Below, in pieces: positions 35,901-50,600 of a stretch of 64,000 bases of DNA. A program made the position numbers and the translations under genes. Position 1 is the stretch's first letter; every line of letters begins with the position of its first letter. Source of the stretch: Takakia lepidozioides. Lineage: Eukaryota; Plantae; Bryophyta. The stretch covers positions 44,888,001 through 44,952,000 of the forward strand of contig CM060733.1 in the NCBI GenBank assembly GCA_030704615.1, read 5' to 3'. The notes beneath the pieces were generated by a model that was not told the DNA's origin, ran no database searches, and was given only the letters and a program-made list of their open reading frames with translations.

Positions 35901-37922
35901 GCTAATGAGATCCTAACACAAGATTTTTCAATGTTTTTCCCAGTGTATTCACTGAAATATCAGCTTGCGAAGGTATGAGTCGTGCACTAACCACTTTGGC
36001 TGTCTGGTTGGAGCAGGCTCGACGAGACCTCATTTTATTGCTATCACGATATTTTTTCTTCTATGAGCCAGGTAACATATTTTATCCATTATATCCATAG
36101 ATGTCTTCTGTATGACTGTGATGATGATGGATACAATTGATGTTTTTGTTATCTTATGCAATTGGGTTAAATATGTACACTGAGCTTTGAAAGTGCTCAA
36201 GCATTGTTTGTGCAGCTGAAAGGCTGGAAACTTTTCTACAACAATTTCCCATGCTAGGCAATGTCTCGGTGAGGCCAGCAGACATCTTTGTTATCGAGGT
36301 CACAGATCAGGTATTTTTGTAATGAGCTACTGCAGGGATGGAAGGTTTGTCGGGTGTTTTGGGGCCTCTTTTTTGTTTGAAGGTTGGGTCTTGTGGCTAT
36401 TATCTGGTCAGTTGCTCTTGTAGTCTGCCAGGTTAGTGAGGAGACAACTCCGAGCCTGTGCTCATTCAAGTAGTGCAAAAATGTTCCCAAGCATAAATTG
36501 TAACTTAATTTGGGTTGGAGTGTTACAGCTTCAAAAAGTGAAGGTGGAGCTGGTGCTGCTTCACTACCTTCACAGCATGAAGGCTCTCAAAGGTAACGCA
36601 GTCTTTTAATGGGATGTCTGAAGCTGATTGTGGTTTATGACACTGAACTTGTTAGTATTTATGCTTTCTCTTTGTGTGGTAGACTCTGGTGTCTCCTGAT
36701 GAATCTCATCGCCAGTTATGCTGGTGTGTGCAATAGTGATTCAAAGCACAAACTTTTAGGCCCAGTCATCCCTAGAGGTTTGACAAGGTTGTGTTCCACA
36801 GGGACAGACCTCTCCAAAGTCTTGTATTTGGCTCCCACCTTCCAGTCAAAGAAAAGAGTTTTCCTCTACAAGAAAGTTTGGAAAGATAAAAATGGTTTAA
36901 CGCTCCTTTTGCTTGATTTGCCTGGGTTCCACCAAACATTTTCTTACCTTAAGCCTTAAGTGGAGACTAGGAGAAGTGGCACCACTGTCATCAACCAACA
37001 CAACCATATGCTAAGCTTGGGCATATGAAGCAGTCTTTGTGGTGGTACATGCAAAGCAATTGCTCACTAATGAGAAATAAGCCAGCCAACCTGGGACACT
37101 TACAGTCAAAGATTTTTTGTGCCCGGTGGAAACAAAATGGTTAGCCATTTGGTATTGTGTCCTAAGTCCGACCTAATGATTGTGCAGGGGTAGAACTGCG
37201 GGTGACTACTAGTACTCGCTTGAAAACATCACTATATTCCTTTACAGCGCCAGGAGGGCCCATGTATCCAACACGTCCTGTTCGACATGCTGCCTGGGAG
37301 ACATTAGATGTGCTTTTCCCGGTATGTCTTTATTCCCCAACTTCTCAGTGCTTTGGTGGTTGGGTCCCCATCCCCATCGGTAAATCTGGGGTACCCTCGA
37401 TGAAATCGACATCCGGATAAGTTGGTGTTTTGCATCGTACAAACATTACCCATGCTTCAATATCCGAACAATTAGTAGAGGGCGATTTTCCCACAAATAA
37501 TCTAGAGGTTTTAGCACTGAGGTTGCAAGTAGGAGGTCATGTGTCAAGGTTACATGTTTTTATGCCTTAAACATCCCATATCAGCAGATTGGGGAGTACT
37601 CTGGAGCTGGTTTTGTACTATTTCCACAAGCCTCTGGTGATAGTGAAAGGCTCAGGGTCCAAATTTTTGGAAGGGAAAGTGAGTAGTTAACTGACGAGAA
37701 TAGGAGGGAGGGTATTCAATGCAGGTCGGCCGGCACTTCCGACACATTATAAGCCTCTTCTTTCGGCTATTGCACCCTTATTATTGGCCAATTTCGATCT
37801 GGAACTATGTGATAACTGTAATCACGGCCATGTACATCAAAATATTTAGTGTGTTGAATGACATCTTGGAGTGCTTGGTGGGTCGTCGTGATATACCAGG
37901 CAACGCCCGCTTTAATGAATGA
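32971..37922 (+). CDS. Paralog B, conserved uncharacterised plant protein, 11 exons (32971-33060, 33738-33822, 34239-34447, 34789-34871, 35369-35414, 35689-35745, 36017-36071, 36216-36310, 36529-36592, 37188-37321, 37725-37922)
   Basis: All junctions are GT-AG and in phase. Motifs LCFYEV, QLWSQSFASQIF, LYSFTAPGGPMYPTRPVRHAAW and VGRHFRHIISLFFRLLHPYYWP match a conserved plant family that I recall as Arabidopsis AT5G59960-like (from memory, unverified). Confidence 0.88.
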
Positions 37923-38800
37923 TTCTTTTGGCTCAAAACTTTTTCAAGAGCTATCAAATGTGCCAGATTTTGGAACACATGGTTGTTGATGTGGATGGGT
38001 GTTGGACATCAATGAAGTTTAACCTCAGGGTTTTGGAAATTTTCACGATTATGTTTCAAACAGTATTTTCTGTTTGGTCGATTTTATTGTGACTATTGGT
38101 TTTCATATTCAATGTATCCTTGCTTACAGTTGTGCTTCCTTTGGCAGTCAGAGATACAGTTTTACAGGTTGTAGCAAATCTTCTTGCTGATGAAATGTGG
38201 AAAGGATCGAAACACAGAAGTCCATCAAAACGGGAGGGTTTAGGTTAGTGATGTGACTCAATCTCTATCAGACACATTATAAGCCTCTTCTTTCGGCTAT
38301 TGCACCCTTATTATTGGCCAATTTCGATCTGGAACTATGTGATAACTGTAATCACGGCCATGTACATCAAAATATTTAGTGTGTTGAATGACATCTTGGA
38401 GTGCTTGGTGGGTCGTCGTGATATACCAGGCAACGCCCGCTTTAATGAATGATTCTTTTGGCTCAAAACTTTTTCAAGAGCTATCAAATGTGCCAGATTT
38501 TGGAACACATGGTTGTTGATGTGGATGGGTGTTGGACATCAATGAAGTTTAACCTCAGGGTTTTGGAAATTTTCACGATTATGTTTCAAACAGTATTTTC
38601 TGTTTGGTCGATTTTATTGTGACTATTGGTTTTCATATTCAATGTATCCTTGCTTACAGTTGTGCTTCCTTTGGCAGTCAGAGATACAGTTTTACAGGTT
38701 GTAGCAAATCTTCTTGCTGATGAAATGTGGAAAGGATCGAAACACAGAAGTCCATCAAAACGGGAGGGTTTAGGTTAGTGATGTGACTCAATCTCTATCA
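37741..38800. repeat. Apparently perfect 530-bp tandem duplication covering most of the last exon and the 3' UTR
   Basis: 37741-38270 is repeated at 38271-38800 with no difference seen by eye. Confidence 0.95.
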
Positions 38801-39237
38801 GCTTTCCTTCAACTCTCCTCTGCAGATAGCTCTGCTCACTTCAGGTACAGCAACATCCTTGTCCAAGTTGCATTGGCTGACAGTACTGATGACCTTATTA
38901 TAAAATTGCAAATAAAATTTGATGCTTGCTTGCTCTCATCTCTGAAGCACAAGAAACAAAACGATCTTAGTCAAGCCATGACAATTTGTCGGTGGATTTG
39001 GTTTCAGCATGTTTCACTTTGGCTAGAACTTGCCCACTTACAGAACGGACACATGTCAGCAACAATCTCATGACAAGGGACAACCTTGGAAGAATCAGAA
39101 ATGAGTGGACAAAGAGAGCTTATAAACAGCCTCACACCACTCCTGATAAAATTTCATTGGGCCATGTGGTATAGCTCTGAATTACATTCACAAGTAGCTT
39201 CTGACTGGCCTAGAAGGCAAGGGACCCCTGTGAGTCA

Positions 39238-42200
39238 CTAAGACAGTAAAGGGCTTCCCTCTCGAATGAGCACAAATATGCTACCACCCTCTCCGCGGGA
39301 AATGCGTAATTCCTCATCCAGGAATGTGGTCAACAACCATGACTGTGCCTGATTTGCCTGAATGGGGAATTTGAAGGGTGGTTGACCAGATAAGGTTCTT
39401 GCCACAGATGTTGCAGCATCTTGTAGCGGGCGCAGCACTCCCTGAATGGGTGTCAAATCAATGCTCTGGCCCAAAAACTCCATAGTCTCTGGAATTTCAA
39501 TGGAGTCTGTGAGCTGCGGAGTGCCAATTATTCCCTCCTCAAATTTGATCTGACACCGCACAACCAAACCATCCTGGAATTAGTTTCAGTCATGATTTTT
39601 TGATCTTTCGTATTTGGAGTGTGTGCATCAGGCACAGGACAACTGCAGAAATGTCCTCATAAGATGTTTGTCTTGTGGCACACCCAGTTTGGACACAACC
39701 GGGGCTTAGCCTTGAGGACCAACAGCATAGAGAGAGAAGGAAAGAATACAATTTTAAGCATCCACAGAGGCACAGGCAGAAACAAACCAAGAATACTAGA
39801 GAGAGAGAGATTCATTACGTCAGGCCCAAAGAAGCATGGGAGGGGAGAGAGAGTGTGTGCTTTCAAAAAGTTATAGATGCACATAAAGAGCCTCCTTTGC
39901 TCCTCCACTATAGTTGAAACTATACCAAGTGACCAAACAATCTCAGGGCTGGTGCCCACAGGGGAACTAACGAAACTTACTGGAGCTTCAACAAACTGTC
40001 GGGGGTTACCTGCACTCGTTTTGGGCTGCGCACTTCAAATGATGCAGAGGTACTGAATGAAGTGGTAGCCAAGGGCCCCTCAAAAGAAACTGAATTCTGC
40101 ACTGTCAATGCCTGGGAGTCTATGGTCTGCGAAATCTCACCAACTTTGACTAGAGGCAGGTTACCAGTGGCCAGCAATGGGAACAGCTCAGAAAACGATG
40201 TGTACCTGCATAGCACCCCAACAGCTCATTGCGAGGTTTTGAGAATGAGCTTCCAGTGATCATAATATAATACAAATGTAAAAGATTCCCATCTAAGTGA
40301 GATCCGAGGCTTCTTGACTTCACAAAGGCATTCCTTGAGTCATGGGTTTTGTTCTACTAGGCAATCAACAGTAGTTATAGATCATAACAGTACCTTGCTG
40401 TACTTAACAAGGTTCACATGCCCTGTGAAAACAGACCTTGGTACCTTATGCATTAGTCACCTTTTGTGCATGTGAAGGACGAGGGATACGAGGGAGGGGG
40501 ACATGGAGCATGGTAGGATCAGCTTCTTTGATGAATGTTCCTTCAGAAATAAAAAGCACATATACTTAGAAGAGGAATAAGGCAGCACATTTTGGAACTT
40601 TCCCATTCTGCAGGACTCCCATCAAGGTACACCTTTTGGTCAGTCATTTTCCTCTCAATGGCACCCTTGTTGGAACGGAAATGCACACTACAACGTTGTA
40701 ACAATTTACGATGGGGGCTGATATGAAACTTTGCAAGGAGGAAGAAGACGCACGCTAAGATCCATTTGCCGTTGAGAAGGGTCAGAGCTTCAGTGGGGGC
40801 AGGTGTGGGGTTTTGAGCTTCCAGTTGTGTAATGAGCTCAATGACCTCTGCCCGAGTGTCGCTACTAGCATTCAAGCCACGTTGTGTGCCATAAAGTGCA
40901 TCCACCAGTCCTTGTTTCAGCTCTCCCACCCCTGTGACACTCTCTCTAATGGCTGTTGCAACATCAGTGAGGCTCTCTCCAGAACCGTTTTCCTTTGGGG
41001 GTTCAAGGAGTCCAGCAACCTCATCATCGTCTCTGCAACCATCCACAAGAGTGACTTGTCAAATCTCCAAAAGCAAGCTAAGATCGTCTTCTTTCAAGAG
41101 TTTGTCTGACAATTAGATGAGGGTTTCCTCCCTCCTGTCTCCTCTCTGTCTAACAAACAAGTACATCCCTGCCAATTAGTATATAACAAATCTCTCCAGG
41201 ACGTCAGCCAATATTTTGTCCATATCGCTCCATTGCTTCAAAACAAGATCTGCCCCTAGCTTGAGCTGGATGTTAGTGGTTACTCTTGGGTCCAGTTTTA
41301 CCAAGGCTTTGAAATTGGATATTATACGCACCGATTCTCTGGTCGTGGGAAGTGTTGCCTTAAGATGATCAAAACTTTCTGGAAGTTATCAGCTCTCCTA
41401 CATAGACATAGCTGAAGTCATTTCTGCTGACAGGAAAGATATGTATCTCACATACATTTGGACAGGACTTGGATGTTGCCAAAGAATGTAGTTTCTTATA
41501 CCATCTTACACTTTCTGGATGCTGGGCAGCACTTTAGAGTTTGAACTTCACAAGAACACCGGTTCGCAATGACACATGCATCTACCATCTCCATAGTTAG
41601 TAAATATAATGTCACAGCTGGTGGGCGGTTCTGTGTGTTGTGTATGCCTGGCATTAGAACTGCCATAGAGGGAGCATAACAGCACATTGAAGCGAACCAT
41701 TTTCAATATAATACAGTAACGATAATTAGACAACTAGAAGTATCATTGGATCCTTAGCCAGGGTTTCTAGACCTTCACTTTCCAACATATCAGATACAGT
41801 GATCCTAGTAGCAACTCGCACCCAATACCCGGGGGGTGATCTTATTTCAGATCCTTGAGATTTGGATAATCCTTAGCTGCAGATATTACCTGTGTGATAG
41901 TAATCAGCACTAAAGAAAGCTACTGCGATTCGTAAATATTGATATCATGCTGCATACCTGGACTTCGGATTGGGCCCTGTCAGGAACAGCCAGCCTTACT
42001 GTGCTTACCAGCTATCACACACAATCATGAACTTCCTTCTTCACAATGCAAAGTGAACTCTGACACGAAATTGGCCATACTATACAGGGCCTGCTCAAAC
42101 TCCATGAATGGTAGGACGAATCTCTGCAATGCAACACTCTTAAGTTACTTTAGCTGAGCGTCCAGGCCAGTTCACTCCCACAACTTCTTCATTACACCAT

Positions 42201-42500
42201 TTTGAGTACCTTCCAAAAAGGGAAAGACATCGAACAGACAGAAATAGAATACCCGGCACCGGCTGCTGCAGAAAACAAACCCCGCTTCCTTGCAACGTGC
42301 AAGCTGTGGTGAAACAACCCATGGAACGATCGCGAAGCGTTCGATGTGGCAGAGCGAAGTTCTGCCAGTGACGATGCCGACATTCTCCGCAGCAAGAAGG
42401 ATGATGACGATGGAGAAACATGCAGATGCCCCTCAGTTTGCAACCCCTGAAGTGACTGAACTATGGCAATAGAAGACGTTGCAGCAGAAAACACCGCCAT
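39238..42500 (-). CDS. FBN1: Plastid lipid-associated protein / fibrillin (FBN1/FBN2-type), 4 exons (42500-42253, 41032-40754, 40205-40010, 39549-39238), 344 aa
   Basis: Ser/Ala-rich transit peptide; [79 protein letters not shown]. The joined length of 1035 nt is in frame. Confidence 0.93.
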
Positions 42501-42599
42501 ATCTCTCCCCTCACTTTCCTTTCAATCTTGTGGAGACAACTTCGCTGTGTGAGCTCCCTCGTCTCTCCACTCGCTCTCCTTCAACTCTTCCAGGGCCTC

Positions 42600-42990
42600 G
42601 TCTCTCACACACCATGTGTTGGGTCCCACGAGCCCAGACACGTGTGTACGCACAACGATCACGAGTCCAATTCGGCACCGGAGAAATTCAACCTTCAACT
42701 TTCCCAATGCATTCCGAGCATATCAATATCCCATATCGTTTGCCCTCGGAGGATGAAAGCTACATAAACGTGGAGTCACCAGTAATCGCCACCTCGCCCA
42801 CGACTTAAAAACCAAATCAGTTTGTTACAATATTGTGGTACCCGACCTCACCCGACATGTAAAGGCCCATTATGAGGAGTATATCATCCATCCAAAGTTC
42901 ATCCATTGAGGAATAAAAATTAGGAGTAGCATCCGAGTCCCGTGAACGCCGTGTTTGTTGGTAACCGCCCGAGCAACTGCCGCTCTTCAG
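42600..42990. promoter_or_regulatory. Putative short bidirectional promoter between fibrillin (-) and the giant REJ gene (+)
   Basis: Pyrimidine-rich 5' UTR-like sequence and a donor (~43075) face away from the fibrillin 5' end. GGCCCA site-II-like motif at ~42864. Confidence 0.35.
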
Positions 42991-44612
42991 CGGACCTTCT
43001 ATTCGTTTCTCTCCCTGCAGTTCGCCATGCCCCCTTCTTCTTCCCCTCTCTCCTCACTGTTGTGCAGGCTGCAGGGTCAGTGAGTTACAGTGATACCTCT
43101 CTCTACTCTCCTTCCCTTGCCCAGACCCTTGGCCCACCGGCCTCCCACGAGCCCAATGGGACTTGCTGCTCACTGTTCTGCTCTGGTGACAAATTTTTGT
43201 CTGTCGTTGTTTCTTCTCTTCTTTTGGTTCCAGTGGATGAGAAGAGTGATCTCTTCTTCTGCTCTCTCTCTCATCAGAGAAGGGCTGCACACTCGTGCGA
43301 TGGGAGGCCCCTCATAAACTGAAAGCAGGTGCCGGGTTTTCAGTGAGCTGCTGCACCAGTGTGCAGTCTACATGTTTTGGGAAGGGAATTCCTGCAGAGC
43401 TTCACCAATGGATGTGCTTGCTGTACATAGATCTGTTTGATTAGATATGTTCAGTAGCCAATTGTCATGAGATGGGATGAGACAAGGGTAATCCTAAGGT
43501 GATTTTGGATGTGGAGAACTAGCTTGGTTTTCTGCCTGCTCGACGTGAAGGGCATAAGGTGCAGTAACATGAATTCTAGAGGTGAGGGAGGATGTGTTAG
43601 GCACATTCAGGAGTCAATGCTGAGCTTGACCCTCATTTGGGTAAAAATCCTTGGCCTACCCTTGTTGTGAGACATTATGTGAACAAGTGATTTGAAGCAA
43701 GCTGGAGGACAGAAGTTGTGTGAAGAGGTTTGCCGGTCCTGTCACATTGGACAGGTGGAGCAGTTATGAGTCTCGACCACTCTGCCCTCATGGTATACAC
43801 CTGCCTCCCTTCCCTCTCTCATTCCAAGTGCATCGAAAGTAGTATTGGAAATGAGATAGAAGTGACTATACACATGCCCTGTACATCGCACCAGATTTTC
43901 ATAAACTGCAAGTAGTGTGGGTCTCTCAACCAGCCAGCATTCACAAGTTGCCTTCTAGCCTCGTCATGTCCAGCTGCAGCATGCTGAACTCTGTTGTCCT
44001 GGTTGCATGCAACAAGACAGGCTGGGAACTGAAGATCAATGTTTCTACTTCCTAGTTTCCTCTCTACCTATTATGCAATCTGGGGCACTACTTTTGCCTA
44101 CTTAGAGAGCCAATCCCTGGCAGAGGTGCTCCATCACAGTATCTGAATTGCCTTGGCGCATACTACATGAGGCTCTCCACTCAGAGAGAATCTATTGAGT
44201 TGAATTGTAGCTTTCTGGCTGTTGTGGCTGGTTGTTGGGAGCCCCAATTCTCATTTTAATCTTGTTTTCTATTTTCCTTTGTCCCATGCTTACCTTTTGT
44301 GCTTCCTCTGGACATTATTCTTTCTTTGATTCTTTCTTAAGTTTGCTTTATGTGTCTGTTCCTCCTAAACAGGTCAGTGGAAGGAAAACAAGAGGGAGAT
44401 CTGTGTGATCCATTCTTGTTTGCACCTGTCTCTTAAAATTCTGCTACTGACATACTGACATACTGAAATCCTAGAAAAATGCTAAAACACCGGACATTAC
44501 ATTGTTTCACTTGAGGTGATTGCATTGATGGCCATTGAAGCTGAGTTCAGGACTAAGAAAAGAAACAAATAATTGAGCTCAGTTTCTCACCAGCTCCAAT
44601 TGGTGATCACAG

Positions 44613-47600
44613 ATGGGCCGGAGGAGACCAACCCGAGAACTGCAGACTTTAGGGAGTTGTATCATCTGCTTATTTCTCATGGGACTCTTATTTCATGTCA
44701 CAGTGGTATCCGGTGGAGGTGAGTACCTGCAAGCCACTAGTTAGCATCATCTAGACTTTCTAGCAAAAACTGCATATCAAAGTGTGTGCCTTCTCTGATA
44801 CGTTTGGAAAAACGATTGCTGCATAGAATCACATGGGCACACCAGTTCTGTAGATCACTTAGAATCAGAACCTGCTGTCATATTACATAGCACTGCAGCT
44901 TTCATACGTACGCTTTCGTAAGTACTAAGTAATGGTGGGGAGGGGCTAATGCAATGCAGGATCTGCACCAACATACAACCCAAAACTGGGAACAAGCAGG
45001 GGTGGGACTCAAATCAAAGTGCAGTCAAACGATCGCACATGGACCCTCCAGCAACACTTTCTTAAAGTGGGCTCTGGACAACCTATAGCAGCTGACCATG
45101 TTGTGGCACTGGACAGTGACACAGTGGAAGCCCAGTTTACCATGCCTCCGATCCCAGAGGGCACTGGTAAAAAAGGCGTAGTCCAGCTCTTGTACTCACA
45201 TGATGGCAGTCCCTACACTGCTATTGGCAAGTTTGTCTACTATGGTATGTAAAACATGTGCAATTTGAGCATTCTAGTCTTCAATACAAAATCAGGTCTT
45301 ACGGTAACACGAAGGAATGACCATTCTGCAACCTGTAGGTTTCCAAACAGAGCAAGTTGATCCCCCTCAACACATTCCTTCGTCCCTAGGTGCACGTATC
45401 CCAATATCAACAGTAATAGACACTCACAAGCTTTCAAATCACGTTGCTTTGTGAATTGAATTTGACTTATGTTTCTTAAGTTGTAGATTATGACCAATAT
45501 AAGATGTTTGCAATAACAGATGGGAAAATATGGGCCACAAGGGCCTTGAGCCTCAGCAATGAAGAGAGCATATGGAACCTCCAGAGTAGCATCTTCCCTC
45601 GAAGCTATAAATATTCGTTGGTGTCAATGCAATACATGCCTACTTGTAAGTTGGTGGATGGAACTGTCACTCCGGCAAAATATCCAATTCTTCATGAATA
45701 TGCTCGCCGGAAAAATGCAAAATTGGCCATTGACTGCTCAATCACAGACCCTAAACGCATTACTCACATCTCCCTCAACAACCAGGAGTACATTGGAGTC
45801 AGAGGTAAGATTTTCATGACTCTATATCAAACCTAATCAATGATTATCTCCCCCCAATTTAATACACCAGCATGCATAGAATGCCATACCGAGGCCATCT
45901 CAGCAACCGTAGAAACACTTCTGGTGCAGCTTAGCAGAGAAGAGATGTCTCTTCTAACTAAACAAAAGCTATAAGAATAGTAGTGAAAAAGCAGACCTCC
46001 CAGGCCATCTTTGGACGTGATGCTCTTTCCTTTATGAGACATTCCGACACATATTGGAGGCATTCCTGGTCCTCCGTGACGATAGAATGTTGCAACAAAA
46101 ATTACCTGTCTGCACTATAATAATTCAAAGTGACTGTATTGACAGGATTGGAACCCCAATTTCGTGAAAATAACAGCCCATTTATGGAGCTGACTAGACG
46201 TCAACTACACCGATCAAAGGTCTCCCCTGCCCTTTCCTCCCCCCCCCCTTTTTTTTGTTATAAAGGGGATGAAGCCCTGTCCCTTTATTACTAGTTTTGT
46301 ACAGAGGGAAGGTCAAATTGCACATCATACTTCCAATAAACCTTGGTGAATCTGAGACTCACAGAGTGCAGAATCCACAAATGCAACAGAAGACACCAAA
46401 AGACCTAAACCACAAGTGCATGGAGGTCATGCTCTCCTGCATGAGGCACTCCATGTCCCTTTGGACCTGCCCTGGCCATAATAAATTTATGTGTTCTTCA
46501 GCTTCTCTCTCTGTCAGCTACCTGAAATTGATTCTATTTTTCCCCTTCTAATAACTCAACGATACAGAAAGGCAGCAAGTGGCACTGCCATGATGAGCGA
46601 AGTTGGGACTCTAAAGTAGAATGATCCGTCATGGAAGACCCAGGTTCTAAATCTTTGTCATCTCAGTGACCTGCTTCTATGATCAGGAGGCCGAACGCCG
46701 GCTTGCAGCAGCTATTCCAGTATGTACCACTCGGGATATCGGGATGGGACTTTCCATTTTGATTATTTTTGCCACTCCAACAAATCCGGGTGTTGTGAAT
46801 GCTACGACGGATGTCGCTGGCACCTTCATAGGAGTTGGGGGGCCAATTGCTTATGTGGTGAGCATCATAGTTGGAGCTCCTGGAACCTACCAACTGATCT
46901 CACTTACTCCGTCTTGTACAGGTACAACTACAGGGAATATTTGTTCTGCATTTGATGAGACTTTTTGAAAAGAACACAATGCACTCACATCTTTTGAAGT
47001 ATAGCAGATCTTGTCAGCCATGAAAATAGTCATCTACTAGTTACCTCGCTCAGCGAATCTCTAATCTGAGAGAACTTCAGATCACTTACTTGCATATCCA
47101 AGAATACCCTTGAAATTCATACTTGAAGTTAGGCACATCTTTCATATCGAAAACATTGTGCGCAGGTGTGAAAATGCCGCTGATATTCAATGTCTCGGGG
47201 CCCCCTTCGCCTCAGTACAGTTTTGTCAGCTCCACATTCGATCCGGCAGGGTACGACTCAGGATCCTCTGTCATATTCACCATCACGTCTGCTGATGGCC
47301 AGGGAATAATTCCTACAGCCATTCTTGGTGGTCCCTTCCCCTTTCAAGTGACCCTCGTCCAGTCCACCAATACTTCTGGCAATGGCCTCACCTTTCCTGT
47401 TCCGTTCAATGTTGTCGAACAACAGAATGGCATCTGGATGGTGACATGTACACCAACCCGGTTCTTGCCCACAACAGGTGATCCTCATCACTAGTGTCAC
47501 TACCAATTCACATCTTCTGACAATGATTTTGACTTCAATCTTATCATGTATGGCATTACCACCATACAATCTCCGTGGACATTGTCCACCATCCACATGA

Positions 47601-50600
47601 TGACTATCGTTTAAGATTGAACTTTGTTCTTCAGAATGAATGCCTCAATGTTCCCCACAATAAGAGCCGACTATACACAACAGTGATCGCTCCTTTTCCA
47701 CCTGTTGACATCGATACATGTGGTGTCATTTTTAACAGGAACTGTGAGTCTCAACAGTCTTATTATTGTGGACGGGGCATTCAGTTTTAAAATGAAAGCT
47801 CTAAATGCAAGTGAGGCAGCTGCTACGTTCATGCTGTATCCTAATGGCACTTTGCCTGCTGGCCCAACTGTTTTCAGTGTAGATGCCCAAGACACCCTCC
47901 CAAAATACATGGTCATTCATCAAATCACAGCTCAGGTGAGAAATTGCATTACAGATTGACGTTGTTGATTAAGTTTGTGGATTTGAGATGCCTGAGCAGT
48001 CAACAAGGTTTTCCAGGTAGGTGCTGCTGATCATGTTTTCCCCTTGGGCATCTCAACAAAAAACCAACTTTTAAAGGAGTGAACTGAATTGAACCGCCTG
48101 CCCATCCATGCAACGTAATACTTCACCACTACAAAGATTTGAAGGTGAATTCATAATTTGACTGAACAATCTCTAAAAAGAAAGATAGAAAAGAGGAAAC
48201 CTCTAATGTCCACAGTGGGCCACAATAGCCCATAGGACAAACCAAGACCTCAAACACAAATGGGCATAATCTCATGGCTGTGCATCTTGCCCAGGTGTCA
48301 GATCCATCCGGCACAATGTTGGTCAGCAATATCTGTGATGTGGGGCGTGCAACAGTTGGCTGCTTCTTTCCAATATTCCTAAAAAAGGCAGGTGTCTATG
48401 TCATCAATGTGACCATCGACAGTGGCACTCTTCTGGAGCCTGGGGTACGAGTACTGGTCACTCCTGGCATGGTCTCTGGCCCAATGTCCACCATGGCCAT
48501 TGAGGGGGTGATTTCCAACAATACCCAAAAGTCTGCTGGTGACACTATAACCGCGGTTCTTACCCTGCAAGACACTTATGGAAATGCTGGTAATACAGCC
48601 TACACCTCGGGAGGATGGAATACAACAGTGATCGTCATGCTCACAGGCGATAGGGGCTCATCTATTGGCATGTCTGTTAATGCTGGGGTGGGCTCTACCA
48701 ATGCTAGTGCCCAGGTGACCACTGCTGGGTATTATGTCGCCTCTGCTTATATTGGCTCCACTGGCAATGCCCTCCAGGGATCTGGAAAGTATGGCTTTTA
48801 TGTTAATGCGAATATTGTCAATACTACAGGTAACCTCCAATTGCATTCTCCTGGATGTTCATTACTTTACCATCAACATGATAATATACTACCCCACTGG
48901 AGTCCACCTTCCAAATGGAAGGCAGTAGCCCAGGAGTCAACCTGCTCTACTCCACTGGCATCGAATTTCTGACTGCTCATTCGCACAAAGTAGTCTAGGA
49001 TATCCGAGAACAAATCTGTTGCTTTCTTTTATGCTGTGAATTTATGCATGACGGCAGTACATGCAACAGTAACCGACCAAAAAATCTTTGGTTTCAGGAG
49101 TAAAGCACCATCAATTCCTTCTTAAGTCAGTTGGCCTTCATGTGTGGCCTTTTTACCTTCTTTCTTTAAGGCTATGATCACAGTTTGGTTGGCAACTCTT
49201 CATAAATCCGCAGGTTGGACAGGCAACATAATGGTGGGACAAACGGTTGCTGGAGTGCTCACACCTGTTGTAGTGGCCCTGAAAGACTCATATGGGAATG
49301 TGATAGATGGCTCCATGCTGAGGGCAACTCCACATCTCGTCATACAAATGGGGGGGCAGAACTTCTCAGCTCAGGCTGTTGGTAGAGTCTTCCAACTGAT
49401 GCTGAACCAAACAATTGCCAAAACTGGAATTATTATTACTGCTAGCTATGGGTCCACTGAAGTGGCCTCTTTTAATGCTACCTGCATCCCAGGTGACTAC
49501 CTTACAAATTTCCCTGAAATTATCCCACTTGGTGTCCATGTACTGTACAATTGTCCCAGGCGACGTACAAAGAATCTCAAACTTCCAGAAAATGCACATT
49601 TTGATAGCCTGCATATATAGAAGTAAAATACATCATGCTGTCTTACTGGCTCTCCCAGAAAATGTTGTAGAGCTCTGTTCAGTTTGATGTTCTTTTAGTC
49701 ACTTTGACCCTCATGATTACCTATATCATAGAGACTTCTGTTGTGGTGTAACAGTCAACATGCTGCATCTGACTTGTCATTAGAAGCAAAGATCTGGACC
49801 TAGCTGCCAACTTAACCTGCTCTCCAGAGGGCCATGGGTTAAGTGTCCCTTGGAGTTTGGTTGCAAATCAGATGCAATACTCATGTTTTTCTCTGGGAAA
49901 TAAGAGTTCCTGTTTCAAGTTGGCAGCTTGAAATCTACAAGAGGGGGCCCTTCACAAGTATGTAAATAACAACATACTTATGAAGAGGCATGTGACATTC
50001 TCCCAGACATTGTCATATGTATAGCCCCCACCGGAAGTCAGATCTTGTTGAAACTAACCTGTGTACAGGGTAATCCAAGGTTTATCTATTTGGAGGCCAG
50101 AGTGCAAAAATAGCATTGGGAACAAATTTACTGAACTTTCTTGAGGTCTACTATGAACAGGTCCTGTTGATGTCACCACCTCAAAGGTCATTGTCTCCCC
50201 CGTGAAATTAACAGTGGACGAGGGTGGGACCCTCACAGTCACTCTTATGGACTCTTATGGTAATCTCGTCACCTCCACTACCAATCTCGAAACCTTTGAT
50301 GGAGCAGCTTTAGTCAAGGATGACAATTTGGGGGCAACAAGTTTGGAGTTGACAACCGATCCTGATGATGCCACTGGTAATCCATATACTTTCTTCTTCA
50401 GAGCTCCCACAGTTGCAGGAGACTACTATGCACGCATCCCAATTGGGAGCAAAATGTTAATGACTGAAGCAATAATTGCTGTGGTACCTGGCGATCCCGT
50501 GGGCGCTCACTTTAGTATAAGTGGCGTGGGCTTAGGAGACGCACAACCGGGAGGAAGCTACAGTGTATATATTACTGCCAGAGACATGTACAATAATGTG

